The notes below the pieces were generated by a model that was given only the letters and a program-made list of their open reading frames with translations, was not told where the DNA came from and searched no databases. A DNA stretch of 64,000 nucleotides. It comes from Octopus vulgaris. Lineage: Eukaryota. Positions 29,671 to 43,640 of this stretch are shown one piece after another (position 1 is the stretch's first letter; each line of letters begins with the position of its first letter). A program made the translations under genes and the position numbers. The DNA lies in the NCBI GenBank assembly GCA_951406725.2, contig OX597830.1, positions 27,590,001 through 27,654,000 on the forward strand, in the 5' to 3' direction.

Positions 29671-29879
29671 AAAGAATCGATACGTGTACATATATATATA
29701 TGTGTGTGTGTACATATGTTTATGTATGTATACACATACATTTATATATACATTTATATTTGTATATTATATACATAAAAACTGTTTTCACATACTGTGA
29801 CGAAATATTAGAAATATTTTCACACACACGGGCGCGTGCACACGTACACACACACACATCTGTATTCAATTAACATAAA

Positions 29880-30850
29880 TCTGATGAATCTTTGTAGACG
29901 CGTTTTCGATGTTTGTACTTTTCAAAAATAGTTGCTATTCTGTAATCTGGGTAATAATTGTTTTCAGTAGCGGTTTTCACTCTTTTCAGCTTATTTTCGT
30001 ATTGAGAATACTTATGATATTCTCTTCTTTTGCCTTTTGCAATTCACCACTTTCTACCTTTATTTCGAAAAATGGAAATATTTTGAATTTCTTACTCACA
30101 CGAATATCTAGGTGTTCATTATGTTGATCACCTCTAGGAGATGAATCATAGATTTGTTGCTTATGCACCCTGACTCGGTCTATTTATTTCGTTCCTCGCT
30201 TATATACTTTACATTCCATTGTGCACATGCGATGCAGTGCCACCGGTTTTTGTTTTGCTATTAATATTTTCATTAGCCTCAATTATTTCCCATTCACAAT
30301 TTTTTCGTCTTACCATGTTCAATCAACTGACACGTCTCACCACGAACGTCTTCGCATTTTGTTGTCTGCATTATTTCTTTTTCTGAAATAAATTTCCTGT
30401 TTAAGAGTCTTTTAAGATTTGTGGTTTATTTTCTGTTGTTATTAAATTTGTAACTCTGATTATTCTTTTACTTTTGACATTTGGTGTAGAATTGGATTGT
30501 ATTGTTAGGCCAAATATTACATGCTGTATTTCTGGGATTTGGGGTGAAACAGACTTTATTAAACTGAATGTTTTATTTGTTACAATACACTACTTTTTCA
30601 TTCATTTTAGCCTTATGAATAAGTAATATACGCAACAGCCTAGTACAGTTAAGTTGTCACATAAATATATGATATTCATCAACTCGTGGACATTTTCCTT
30701 GCTACCGGAAGGATTCCTGGTAAATTGAAGTATAGGGAAAACAAGGAAAAACTTGTTATGAAGTCAATGTTTGTGAATATGATTATTATTTTGGTGTTAT
30801 TATTCTCTTAAACACTTTCGAAAGAAAATGCATTAATCGCATATAAATTA
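29880..30850 (-). mobile_element. Decayed Penelope-like element, GIY-YIG endonuclease C-terminal region
   Basis: Minus frame RVRVHKQQI..HNEHLDI..KFKIFPFF..KAKEENII.IL resembles the R..H / F.IFPF / KE..I C-terminus of PLE GIY-YIG domains. The 5' boundary is uncertain. Confidence 0.55.
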
Positions 30851-31405
30851 CAGAGTGGTTTGATTTCCAATCGTCATCAACTCGTTCATTTATTAGATGG
30901 GTACAGAAGAAGAAAGAAAGAATCATTTTTTTCCTAAACTAGAAGTAACAACAGTTTTATGCATAAGGTCGTTGGTGGAAAATATGAAAAAATCATATGA
31001 AAACATAATAATTCTGTATTCTATGAAATTAAGAGATATAATCCCTTAGCGAAATAAACAAGTATGATAAATGGAATAGAATGACACTTTGTTTAAAAAA
31101 TACAGAAATCTGCTGCAATATATTTCAGAGAAAAAAAAGGAGTAAATCCGTAATTTCAATATTTAAAAAAACAAAAAAAAAAAAAGAATTTTAAAGAAAA
31201 TTATATTAGAATCAAAATATAAAAAGATGTGACGAGACATTATCAATCAATAACATTAGCAACAAGAACAAAGGCAACGGCAATAACAACAATACCGCCT
31301 CCACTACCACCACACCCACCTGCACCATCACCACCACCGCCGCCGCCGCCGCTGCTGCGGCTGCGGCGGCTGCTGCTATTGCTGCTGCTGCTGCTGCTGC
31401 TGCTG

Positions 31406-31465
<60 letters not shown>

Positions 31466-31610
31466 GTACTACTACTAAATATATGATCACAGAATATATA
31501 TCGATATATATTGAAAATTACAGGCATATTGGGTTGACAACTTGTCATATTCTATAGCGAAACTACATGTCTACGATAAATAATCAGACGAAAATAAAAC
31601 GTGTACACAG

Positions 31611-31675
<65 letters not shown>

Positions 31676-32371
31676 TACACACACACACAAGTACACAGGC
31701 ACAAAATCAAATAAAACAACAAATATAGCTATGATGGCCATATAAGTCACCAACAGAGACGAATCTTCCCGACAACTAAAAATATATACACGCACTCATG
31801 CAAACACACTGACCCAGACACAGACACAGACATACACACACACGAAAACATACACGCACACACAGAGGCTAGGAATTCTGGAAAAAATATCTATAAAAAA
31901 TGATTGTTAAAAAAATTGACCAATAACTAGCTTTCTACCAACTTAGAAACTTTTGAAATCCATATATACTAATAGATTGCTTGGCCATTGGAGAAATAAC
32001 AATATTTCATCAGATCAACTGGAAAGGAGGCAACTTATTGAAGATTTAAGTAACGTAGAAAAAAAATAATAAAATGATGCAAAGCCAATTAATCATGACA
32101 TGGATTGATTACTGAAAAAACCAATTCAAAACAAAACACAAAATATAATAACGATAAACAAATACATAAATATATAAATAAATAAATAAATAATATGAAT
32201 ATCAATCAAGGAAAAAAGGGTCAGCGGGAAAAAAAATCCTACCTCAAGCTATCTTAATACTGTGCTCTTAGATACAGAAGACAACCACCATAAAGTAAGC
32301 AAAGCCAATATTAAGGCAATATATCAAGCACGTCACAAAATAATGTCTCTCCCTCTCTCTCTCTCTCTCTC

Positions 32372-32421
<50 letters not shown>

Positions 32422-32806
32422 TGCGTGTGGTTTGTAAGTACGTATGTACATGAAAGCGCACACAGAAGCATGTCCTGGTAAGCAGAGAATTGCAGCTACC
32501 AACTCAATGCCCCTTGGGAAAAAAGGGAATATTTTTTATCTTCTTGAAGTGGACTCTATTATCATTAATATTCTGTCCATCTTTAACACCATTAACTAAT
32601 TTGATGAATCAAACCAGACACAGCCACAAGTGTTATGAACAATCTATAAATCATCTAAAATACATACATGCATACATACATACATACATACATACATACA
32701 TACATACATACATACATACATACATACATACATACTTGTACAAATACATGCATATATATATATATATTTATGTAAATATAAATATACCTATGCGTTTTTA
32801 TATAGA

Positions 32807-32858
<52 letters not shown>

Positions 32859-32875
32859 CATACAGCCATACATAC

Positions 32876-32913
<38 letters not shown>

Positions 32914-32933
32914 CAATTATAGGGATTTACATG

Positions 32934-32979
<46 letters not shown>

Positions 32980-33141
32980 ATATGTGTGTGTATGTGTGTG
33001 TGTGTTTATACATACCTATATATGAATATATAGATACTGATATATGTATGTAAATATACACAAAGCAACGTACATGTAAATGCACATGCACACATAAAGT
33101 CATATACATACATACATATATATATGTGTGTGTAGTGTCAC

Positions 33142-33196
<55 letters not shown>

Positions 33197-33907
33197 CATA
33201 TATAAATATATATATATATATATATGCACATATATACAATGTCACACGTGTATGTCGATATAAGTGTGCCATGGGTTAACTACAGCAAAAGCCTATTTCT
33301 TAAGTTATCAGTAGCCGATTATACTACTCGTATTTAAATATCTCCTTCAGCATGGCAGGCTAGAATAGAAGGAATCAGGTGCCTTCATAGACTCCACCCA
33401 TTATTTCAATTCATAATTGCCATATTCTCACCAGCTATCCGCTCTCAAAAGACGTAGTCTATTAGTCCAAATGAATGCCATAAATTCGATTGTGTGTGTA
33501 GGGGGGGGGGGGTCATTGAATTTTAAAACACTTCTGTGCGCCGAATACTTGAGCGTCGTAGCTAGAGTGTCTCTTCTACTACGTGGAGAATATATGAAAT
33601 CGTCTGTTATCACTACAATTTAGCTGACCTGAATCGCGCAAGCTTTTTTCAATTAGAAGCCATTTTAAGTTTTTAAAAATCTTCTGTCCATTCTGATTCC
33701 ACACACCTGAGGATGAACGCGTATGTCTGTACCCACGAAAGATTAGATAGTAAGGAGATGAGTCATCCTAACTGATATTAAACTTACAAACACACACACA
33801 CACATGCATGTATATATAGATAGATAGATAGAGAGAGAATGAGAAGGACGTACATATATACGTATATATACGTGTGTATATATTTATGTATGTATGTATG
33901 TATGTAT

Positions 33908-34159
33908 TTTTATTCTTTTTTATTCCATTTATTTGTTTCAGTCATTTGACTGCATCCATTCTGGAGCACCTCCTTTAGTCGAACAAATCGAGCCTAGGAT
34001 TCATTCTTTGTAAGTATAGTACTTATTCTATCGGTCTCTTTCGCCCAACCGCTATGTTACGTGGCCATAAACAAATCAACATCGGTTGTCAAGTGATTGT
34101 GGCAGAAGAAACACACATACACATACATATAATACACACACTCACACACACATACATAC

Positions 34160-34202
<43 letters not shown>

Positions 34203-34270
34203 CATATATATACGACGAGCTTTTTCAGCTTCTGTTTACCAGATCCACTCACAAGGCTTTGGTCGGCTCG
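33908..34270 (-). mobile_element. SINE family A, 3' part
   Basis: TTTGTTTCAGTCATTTGACTG...AGTACTTATTCTATCGG...ATCCACTCACAAGGCTTTGGTCGG. Confidence 0.8.
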
Positions 34271-34585
34271 ATGTTATAGGACTAATGTGTCCTTCTAATT
34301 TAATTAAATTCTATGTCTTTGTACAGTTGAAGATTGCTCTACATTTTAAATTGATGTAATAAAATGATTGTATCTTAAATTGATGTAATGAAATTATTGC
34401 ATTGTTCAGTTAAATGGAGTCGCATGAAACGATCGTACTGCATTACCTCTGGATATCCTTGTTGCTTATTTTGATTTTAATCACCTTATTTTGAAATTGT
34501 ATGGATAATACCATACTAAATTCTGGTGCTTCAACTTAAGTACCATATTCATCTTAATCTGTCTATCTATCTGTATCTATACATA

Positions 34586-34678
<93 letters not shown>

Positions 34679-36683
34679 TATATGAGTAACTCCACTTGTG
34701 TAACATAGAATAAAGCCATTTGGTTGCCTGAGTTAATCCGTCGCTTTGTTGAATACCATTTCCTTAGCTCCAGATAACTTTACCAAATTCCATTCTGTTG
34801 AATTATTGGAATCAAGCTTCTTACCACTCAATAACATATTCCATTGATTTCCCCACTTTCGAGGACTCTGAGAAAGTTCATAGGCGTTGAAGATTCTTCT
34901 TTATACCAAATTCATAAAAATATAGTTTGTGCTAGAAAGGAATCATACACGAAAATTTGATAAGTAAGGATATATTTTGACTCCATGAAAACCCATAATC
35001 ATGAAAAGGAAAAGCATTGTTGAAGCGTTTGGTGATTTCATTTAGAGTGGTGGCATTCATTTTTAAATACTACCATTACTTCCCCTGCAAAAAAATATTT
35101 ATGAAACCGGGTCACTTATTTTCACCAGGAGTGTAACTTACCTCTGAGGGGCTCATCAAGCTAGCTTAGTACTCCGTTTTGAGATTACTGTCAGGGTTGA
35201 GATAATAGGTATCAACACATTTTCTGTCCTAGTTATAAACCACCGCGGCAACATAATGTTACATGAATTCAACAGCTCGGATAAGAAATCCAGAAATCTG
35301 ACCTTCGGGTTACACATCAGTTGTATTGAAGCAGATATTGATAGTATATTCTTTATATAGACATTGATCGAATGAGGCTGTCGACAATTGAAGAATTTAT
35401 ATATAATAACTGCATAGGATCTTTATACAATTCAAGAATTGATATAAAATAACCGCATCGGATCTTTGAAAAAGCACACTGGGAAGGAAACAAAGGTAGG
35501 CTGGTAACATAATATAAGCTGAGAGGGACAAAAAAAAAAAAAACGAAAAAAGAAAAAAATTGTTTTCCATCATGTATTAAAATACACTGAGCAAATAAAA
35601 CATGGTGTAGGCCTATAATGAAAGAGGAAAAAAAGTTAATCTTAAACAACAAAGGAAACGCGGAAAATATATTCACTATCAATAAAGAGAAATAAATTTT
35701 GATGATCAGTACCCAGCAACAAGAGACAGAGCATATGTACGCCCATGCGTAAGCCAACAATGATAGAAACACTCTTGAATATAAAATCGCACAATAAAGG
35801 TTTGATTATAGCTGCTACACTGGATCAATATTTGGCCACGAACAACTACCAAACACCAAAATAATAAAATAATATGCAATGCTAATGGCAATTGCAGAAT
35901 GTGCAGTGAACAAAGAAATATAACACAAAGTACTGAGATTACTAGTCATCTATCGCATCGATAATTGTAACAAAGCTATATATACATGAGTTATTAATCG
36001 TTGTTCTTTAGTACCAGCTTAGTCCTAACTGAGCAGACCTATGATGAAAGGCAGTCTAACCGTGACTATCCCGACATTTTTGTAAAGAAGGTCGATACTT
36101 CATTTTCCAGTGTGTCATATCTTAAACTTCTCTATGGTTTGAGGGCAATTTAACTTATATATGATATATAACATATCGCACGACTACGTAGAGCCCCTTT
36201 CTTTTGTGGTGGGAGCACTAGTCAGTTTCGGCTTAGCCCGTATCTGAGAAGACATTTTAACGGAGGCATTCTAACCATGACCATCATATCGTTTTAGAGT
36301 GTCTAAGACGACATTATCTAATGTGTTACTAGAAATGTTTCTAAATTCCTCTTCTAGCGCAGCTGGATGATTTTTTAGAGGGACAACTTGCTACATTTAT
36401 CAGGTCGATAAATAAACTATATTAGCTAATTGCTTTTGCTCGTAGTTTTTTCGTTGTTGTTGTTGGTGGTGGTGGTCATGTTGGTTGAAATTGTGATGGT
36501 ATTGGTGGTCTTGGTAGTGCTGTTGTTAGTGGTATTAGTGGTGGTTGTAATGGTAATGTTGTTTAGCCTCGGGTTAATCTTCACGAGAAAAGGTATGTGA
36601 TCACATACATTCCAGCATTTTCCATTCCGTCTTCTATTAAAATAAAGTATTTCAAGTACAACATTATCAAATTGTGGGTTTCC

Positions 36684-36738
<55 letters not shown>

Positions 36739-36857
36739 ATAATAATAATAATAATGATGATGATGATGATGATAATAATAATAATAATGATGGTGATACT
36801 AATAATAATAATAATGATAATGATGATGATGATGATGATAATAATAATAATAATAAT

Positions 36858-37332
36858 CGATCAGACATAGTCATTGCAGACAGCGAAGAAAATACTTGTA
36901 GATTAATAGATGCAGGCGTTCCCACTGATAAAAATATATCTTTAAAGGAATTTGACAAATTGAGTAAATATAAGGAACTGGAAATTGAAATACAAAAGAT
37001 GTGGCATCTTAAAGTGAGAACTGTTCCTGTTATTGAAGGTGCCCTAGGTATGAAAAAAAAGAGATTCAGAAACATCAAGATAGCATCTCAGGAGAACCAT
37101 GTCTCAGAGAAATCCAAAAGTATGTTCCGGCAAGTACTGTCCACATCCTTAGAAAAACCTTATCAATTTAAATGTATGTGTTGTATTACATGAAGACAAT
37201 TCGTTACTTACCCCGGCTAATTCCCTCCTCAAGCTTTCAACGATACTGTAGCATCTCTTATCCTTCACTTGCCCTAGGACGCTGGGTGTATCTTGGCAAG
37301 TGATTGTTACAAACATGCAGATTAAAAGTAAA

Positions 37333-37335
<3 letters not shown>
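36858..37335 (+). mobile_element. R4/Dong-like RLE LINE 3' fragment (second subfamily) in (TAA)n
   Basis: RSDIVIADSEENTCRLIDAGVPTDKNISLKEFDKLSKYKELEIEIQKMWHLKVRTVPVIEGALG (RPD..D..K..KY-type RLE motif). Its 3' UTR differs from the 25864 copy and runs into (TAC)n(TAA)n. Confidence 0.88.
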
Positions 37336-37411
<76 letters not shown>

Positions 37412-37631
37412 TCTTTCTACTATAGGCACACGGCCTGGATTTTGTGGGGAGGGGGACAGTCGATCACATCGACTCCAGTATTCATCTGGTACTTAATTTA
37501 TTGAACCCGAAAGGATGAAAGGGAAAGTTGACCGCGGTGCAATTTGAACTCAAAACGTAGCGACGGACGAAAAACCGGTAGGCATTTCGGCCGGCGTGCT
37601 AACGATTCTGCCAGTTGCCAGTTCGCTGCCT
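37412..37631 (-). mobile_element. SINE family B copy
   Basis: GAAAGGATGAAAGG...ATTTGAACTC...GGCGTGCTAACGATTCTGCCAG. Confidence 0.85.
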
Positions 37632-37690
37632 TAATAATGATAACAACAACAACAATAATAATAATAATAATAATAATGATAATAATAATG

Positions 37691-37753
<63 letters not shown>

Positions 37754-37755
<2 letters not shown>

Positions 37756-38414
37756 CACCGGGGGACTTTTAAAGAGAACACCGGGGGACTTTTAAAGAGA
37801 ACACCGGGGGACTTTTAAAGGAGAACACCGGGGGACTTTTAAAGAGAACACCGGGGGACTTTTAAAGAGAACACCGGGGGACTTTTAAAGGAGAACACCG
37901 GGGGACTTTTAAAGAGAACACCGGGGGACTTTTAAAGAGAACACCGGGGGACTTTTAAAGAGAACACCGGGGGACTTTTAAAGGAGAACACCGGGGGACT
38001 TTTAAAGAGAACACCGGGGGACTTTTAAAGGAGAACACCGGGGGACTTTTAAAGAGAACACCGGGGGACTTTTAAAGAGAACACCGGGGGACTTTTAAAG
38101 AGAACACCGGGGGACTTTTAAAGGAGAACACCGGGGACTTTTAAGGAGAACACCGGGGGACTTTTAAGAGAACACCGGGGGACTTTTAAGGAGAACACCG
38201 GGGGACTTTTAAAGAGAACACCGGGGGACTTTTAAGAGAACACCGGGGGACTTTTAAGAGAACACCGGGGGACTTTTAAGGAGAACACCGGGGGACTTTT
38301 AAGAGAACACCGGGGGACTTTTAAGAGAACACCGGGGGACTTTTAAGAGAACACCGGGGGACTTTTAAGAGAACACCGGGGGACTTTTAAGAGAACACCG
38401 GGGGACTTTTAAGA
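37754..38414 (+). repeat. Minisatellite: 29 tandem units of AACACCGGGGGACTTTTAA(A)G(G)AG (22-24 bp)
   Basis: Counted directly. There are no spacers, and the last unit continues into the LINE 5' region. Confidence 0.97.
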
Positions 38415-39140
38415 TGTAAGAAGGAAAATTCAGAGCTCCGAAACCTATCCACAAACATCGAAAACAAGGACATCCTATGGAGCCAAAGTTTTACTAACAA
38501 AGAATTGGACTGTATCCGAGTAAGTAATACAAACTGAAATTTATTACTATTTTCGAAACGAAATGATGTATTTTGACTCGATATCATCTCCACCTCTAAC
38601 GCAACACATGTAAACATGCGTGAAACATCACGATCATCTCCGACCCCAAACACCATGTACAAAGGAACTACGAAGAAATTAAATGCCACCGATACTATTC
38701 AACCCAAGAATAACAATCGAGCGGTACGTACATTAAACCTACAACAAAAAATGTACGGAAAACTACACGTGCGAAATAATGTGACAACAGAAATAAACGG
38801 GCCGGTACCCTACGAAAATGACGACCGTCAAAATAATGGGCCGGACGTTGTACCTCATGTCCCGCAAATAAAACCCAAAAGACGTAAATGGACACGTGAG
38901 GAATACATTTCTATCTTACACGCATACTTCACAGCAGTACTCTACCCAAAAAATGAAAATACAACAACACATATACAGAAAATTGCACTACTGGGCACTG
39001 CACACATCCTACGCAGAACACTTTCCATACAATAACCATCAGAGCATCACAACAAATCACAGCACATACCCAAGGCACACAGAGCTGCGCTCGGTAGTGA
39101 AGTGAAAGCACGCTATAAAAATAAAAATAAAACTACTGAA
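38394..39140 (+). mobile_element. Internally deleted R4/Dong-like non-LTR element (5' region + N-terminus fused to C-terminus + 3' UTR), in (TAA)n
   Basis: ORF 38616-39035 has Myb-like KRRKWTREE..IL.AY joined to IQKIALLGTAHILRRTL. The 3' UTR (CACAGCACATACCCAAGGCACAC...AAAACTACTGAA(TAA)n) closely matches that of 25864-26460. Confidence 0.85.
38616..39035 (+). CDS. 139-aa open fusion ORF of the deleted retroelement (no RT, no endonuclease); expression unknown
   Basis: True ATG at 38616, no stops, ends at the element's native stop. Confidence 0.4.
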   Translation: MRETSRSSPTPNTMYKGTTKKLNATDTIQPKNNNRAVRTLNLQQKMYGKLHVRNNVTTEINGPVPYENDDRQNNGPDVVPHVPQIKPKRRKWTREEYISILHAYFTAVLYPKNENTTTHIQKIALLGTAHILRRTLSIQ

Positions 39141-40061
39141 TAATAATAATAATAATAATGATGATGATTATGATGATGATGATGATGATAATAATAAGAA
39201 TAATAAATTCTAGATCTTACATACCTTGCAGACAAGTGATCTGCTTATCACATTGTATAAGTCAACTAGTTTTTATCTGGGAAATAACAATGCAAAACAA
39301 CCAAAGAAACAAACTAAAAACACCTCTCCGAAACAACAAACAAAAACCTACATCTGAATAAATCGATTAGTGACCAAAGGCAATGCACTTGATTAGGGTC
39401 CCAAAATTAGGGCTACAATGCATAAATCCTTCTTGTCCAAGTAAATCAAGAATGAATCTCTGAAATCGTTTTTGTCAAAAGATTGACATTAGCTATAAAA
39501 TGAAAATATAAAAAGATAAACAAAGAAATAAATAAAAAGAGAAAGAAAATGATATAAAATGGGAGGAGACGAATAGACTGACTTAATGCAATCAAACGGT
39601 CCGCTAGATATAGCAACCAAATTTACGACAAATCATATCCTGTCGCTCTCAAATAGCAAATATATATATATTGGTCATGTCATCCTAAATAAAAGATATT
39701 TGGAAACAAAAAGACAAAATGGTCCTAACTAGAACTCATACAACCATAGATAATTCTTTGGGGGGGGGGGAGTAACGGAACGGTGGATCTCGATGCAAAT
39801 AAAGCTATAAGTAACAGTGTGTAAATATTGGGTAGTGGACAGAAAAATATCCGAAGGCTACCGGAGGCACGCGAATCCACATTGCCTGTAAATATAAGAG
39901 GCGTTCTACAGTAAACAACTTACAGTCATAGTTTTTCTGGATCAGTTCTACCTTGGAAATCCTCATCAACAGCAGCAACAACAAACCAATAAAAAAGTTT
40001 GTATATGACCACTCGACGTGCTAGAAAGAGTAGTCAGAGCTTTATATCAAACAATACATTT

Positions 40062-40469
40062 ATCTTTTACCTTTTACTTGTTTCACTCATTAAACTGCGG
40101 CCATACTAGGGCACCACCTTGAAGAACTTTTAGTTGAATGAATCGACCCCAATACTTATGTCTTTTAAGCCTTTTACTTTTTCTATCGGTCTTTATTGTC
40201 GAACCGCTAGCTTACAAGTACGTGAACACAGCAGCATCGGTTGCCAAGTAGTGGTGGAGGACAAAGACAGACAGACAGACAGAAAGACAGACAGACACAC
40301 ATATGCGACGGGTTTCTTTCAGTTTCCGTCTACCAAATCCTCTCACTAAGCTTTAGTCGGCCTGAGAATATACTAGGTGACATTTGCCCAAGGTGCCACT
40401 CAGTGGTATTGAAACCGGAACCGTGTCGTTAGGAAGCAAGCTTCCTACCACACAGCTAAGCCTGCACCT
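40062..40469 (-). mobile_element. SINE family A (diverged)
   Basis: TTTCAGTTTCCGTCTACCAAATCC...TTGCCCAAGGTGCCAC...ACCACACAGC. Confidence 0.85.
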
Positions 40470-41477
40470 ACATTAAAAAAGATACCAACAACACGTTCAA
40501 TAATGTATTTTTAGATAAAATATGTATGATGTAGAACACCCTCCCCACACCCTCCAAAAAACACCGGATTTTCATGGTTGAACGCCAATAATCCAACGTC
40601 TGCTAGATAAGGTCTGACATCTTGTTGAAAGACAACAGCAAAAGAAAAAAAAACAGAATAACATAAACATCGAAGGAGAGACGATATGATCACTAGACCT
40701 ACGAGAAATAGCAGACAAAAACGCCTTTTATATGACGCTTAAGCGTCTTTAAAGCAGGGTAAAAAGGAAAAAAAAAAAAAGAAAGTAGATGGGAGACATA
40801 TTGGATAATCTCGCCATAGATATAGTGCGAAAAAGAACCACCACCCGGAAAGAACAAAATAAAAAAAAAATTACAAAGAAAGGCGAGCAGAAAGGAAAGG
40901 AAGATGGCATGGTCACAACAGAAGGCCTTTAATCAAAAGCAACAACATCAAACAGGCATTGGTTGGTTCATTGTATCAAATATTTTAGGTAAACTAAAAA
41001 CAAAAAGAAAAAAACCCACGTCAGCGACAACAATCACCACAACAAGAATAAGACCAAAAGGACACATAATATTCATCAATATATCTTCTGATATGTCTGT
41101 CGATTGATCATACGTGGTGAGTGATTAAATATAGTGGCCATGTGAGTGCTTGTGTGTATATGTATGTATGTGTGTGTGTACGTATACATAAACACATACA
41201 TATTTACATATATATGTGCACACTTCAGTTTTTTTTAGAGTTCATAGATTGGTTATTTTTCTGAGTTTACAAATGTTAATCAATAAATAGAGCAAGGAGG
41301 ACAGACAACACCCCTTTTTTTTTTTTTCAGAAATCACTAAGTTGAAGGTGTGTGTATGTGTGACTTTGCTTTGTGTGTATGTATATGTGTGTATGAGTGT
41401 ATACACACACACACACACATATATATTTACGATTATATATATATATATCTGATTTAGTGTATATAGATATATCATCC

Positions 41478-41511
<34 letters not shown>

Positions 41512-42391
41512 CGTAATACTTATACTTATATATAAATATATATATATATATGTATACGAATTATGTAGCTATATATATGTAATTATATATATATTTATAC
41601 ATACATATCTACATTATATATAGAATATATATATATATATGTTTATATATATATATATGTATATATGTTATATAGGCATATATATATATATAGATAGATA
41701 TATGCATACACAAATACAAAAGTCAGACGCAGACGAGCATATACACACACATATATACATCAACATGCATATGGATATATGCCTACATGTATACAGTAGG
41801 TGGTATATATAAATACATATCTGAATTCACACATACTTATATATGCAAATATCAATAAATGCATATATGCGTTTATACTTTCACATACACGGATATGTGT
41901 ATATGCGCATTTGTACATGTGTGACTCTGACTCTGTGTGTGTATGTGAGCATATATGTGTGTGTTTGTGTGTGCGTTTATGTGAGTGAAATGTAATCACA
42001 TTGAATGAATAGATCACGTGTATGAAACTCCATCTATCATTACCCGAGTAAGGAAGATAAAGGTATTTGCGCATGACGCATGCGCACATTAACACAATCA
42101 CAAACGCACCAATGTATATACACAGAAGCATGTAAATATGCATACAATTGCATTTACTCATACTTACATACATACATTAATAATTCCTCCCAATACCCCC
42201 TACTCTTTACTCGTCTATACAGACATACGAACGTACATATATACATAAATACATAAATATAGATGCATATATATACATATATATATATATAAACATATAA
42301 ATATAGATATGTATATATGTAAATGTAAATACATAAGTGCATATATCCATGTATATATATTCATATGCTTGCACACACACATGCACGCACA

Positions 42392-42513
<122 letters not shown>

Positions 42514-42660
42514 TCTATATATATAACCTCCACACGAACATTCTCTTGCTTACTTACTTAAATGTATATGAACTGTAAAAAGTAAATCACTCTCGAGTGC
42601 CGCTGAGTCACGCCGTTGGGTGTTTGGGACTCGTTATGCATACACATACATACATAGATA

Positions 42661-42699
<39 letters not shown>

Positions 42700-42766
42700 G
42701 CATGTTTGCATGTACGTATATGTATGTGTGTGTACATATATATATGTATATGTATATATATATATA

Positions 42767-42844
<78 letters not shown>

Positions 42845-43468
42845 GTGTATATGTTAACTCCACGACAGTCTGCAAGCTTGAACCACCGGCGTTACGGCCA
42901 TATTAATGTTAAGCTACGAGTTTAGGTCGTAATTCATCAAAATATGAGAAAAAGAAGAAAGAAAACAAACAAACAAACAAAAAATGGAAAGCTACATCTA
43001 TAGTAACAACAATGACAACAACAATAGCAACGACAACGACAACGGCAACAGCAATAACAACAACTACAACATCAATACAACAAAAAAATACGGAATTACA
43101 ATGAGGCGAAACGTTAAGTTTTCCAGAAAAATGAGGCGAGAGTTAAAGCGTGATAGATCGTGTGAAGCAACGTAGAGACAGGATGAGACACTGAGAGAGA
43201 GAGTGAGAGAGAGAGAGGGATGGAGAGAGGGAGAGGGAGGAGAGGGAGGGAAGAAGGGGAAAGCGTTGGATAAGGGGAGTGTAAGGAGGGAGGGGTTGGG
43301 TATTGCATATATATGGAGGGATGGACTGAAATATTTGGTAAATGCTGACCTCCGATGGACAATGCAATTTCTGTGATGTTTGCAATTCTGGTGCAAGATG
43401 TAATTTTGTTATGCGTGTCTGTGTATAAAGGGTGATGCGTGTGGGTGATGCGGGTGCTCGAGCGCGTG

Positions 43469-43508
<40 letters not shown>

Positions 43509-43592
43509 CGTGTGTGAGAGCGTGTTCGAGGTTGGTGTTTTGTCCCTAATGACTCATACATCATTTCGACAAATTGAGGATACTGTAAGAAG

Positions 43593-43640
<48 letters not shown>

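Noticed and set aside
33706-33745. CTGAGGA...GAAA hammerhead-like motif
   Set aside because: No convincing stem II or cleavage triplet. The same applies to CTGATGA at 29881, which lacks GAAA.
37754-38414. CRISPR array
   Set aside because: Units are contiguous with no unique spacers, there are no cas genes, and the context is eukaryotic.
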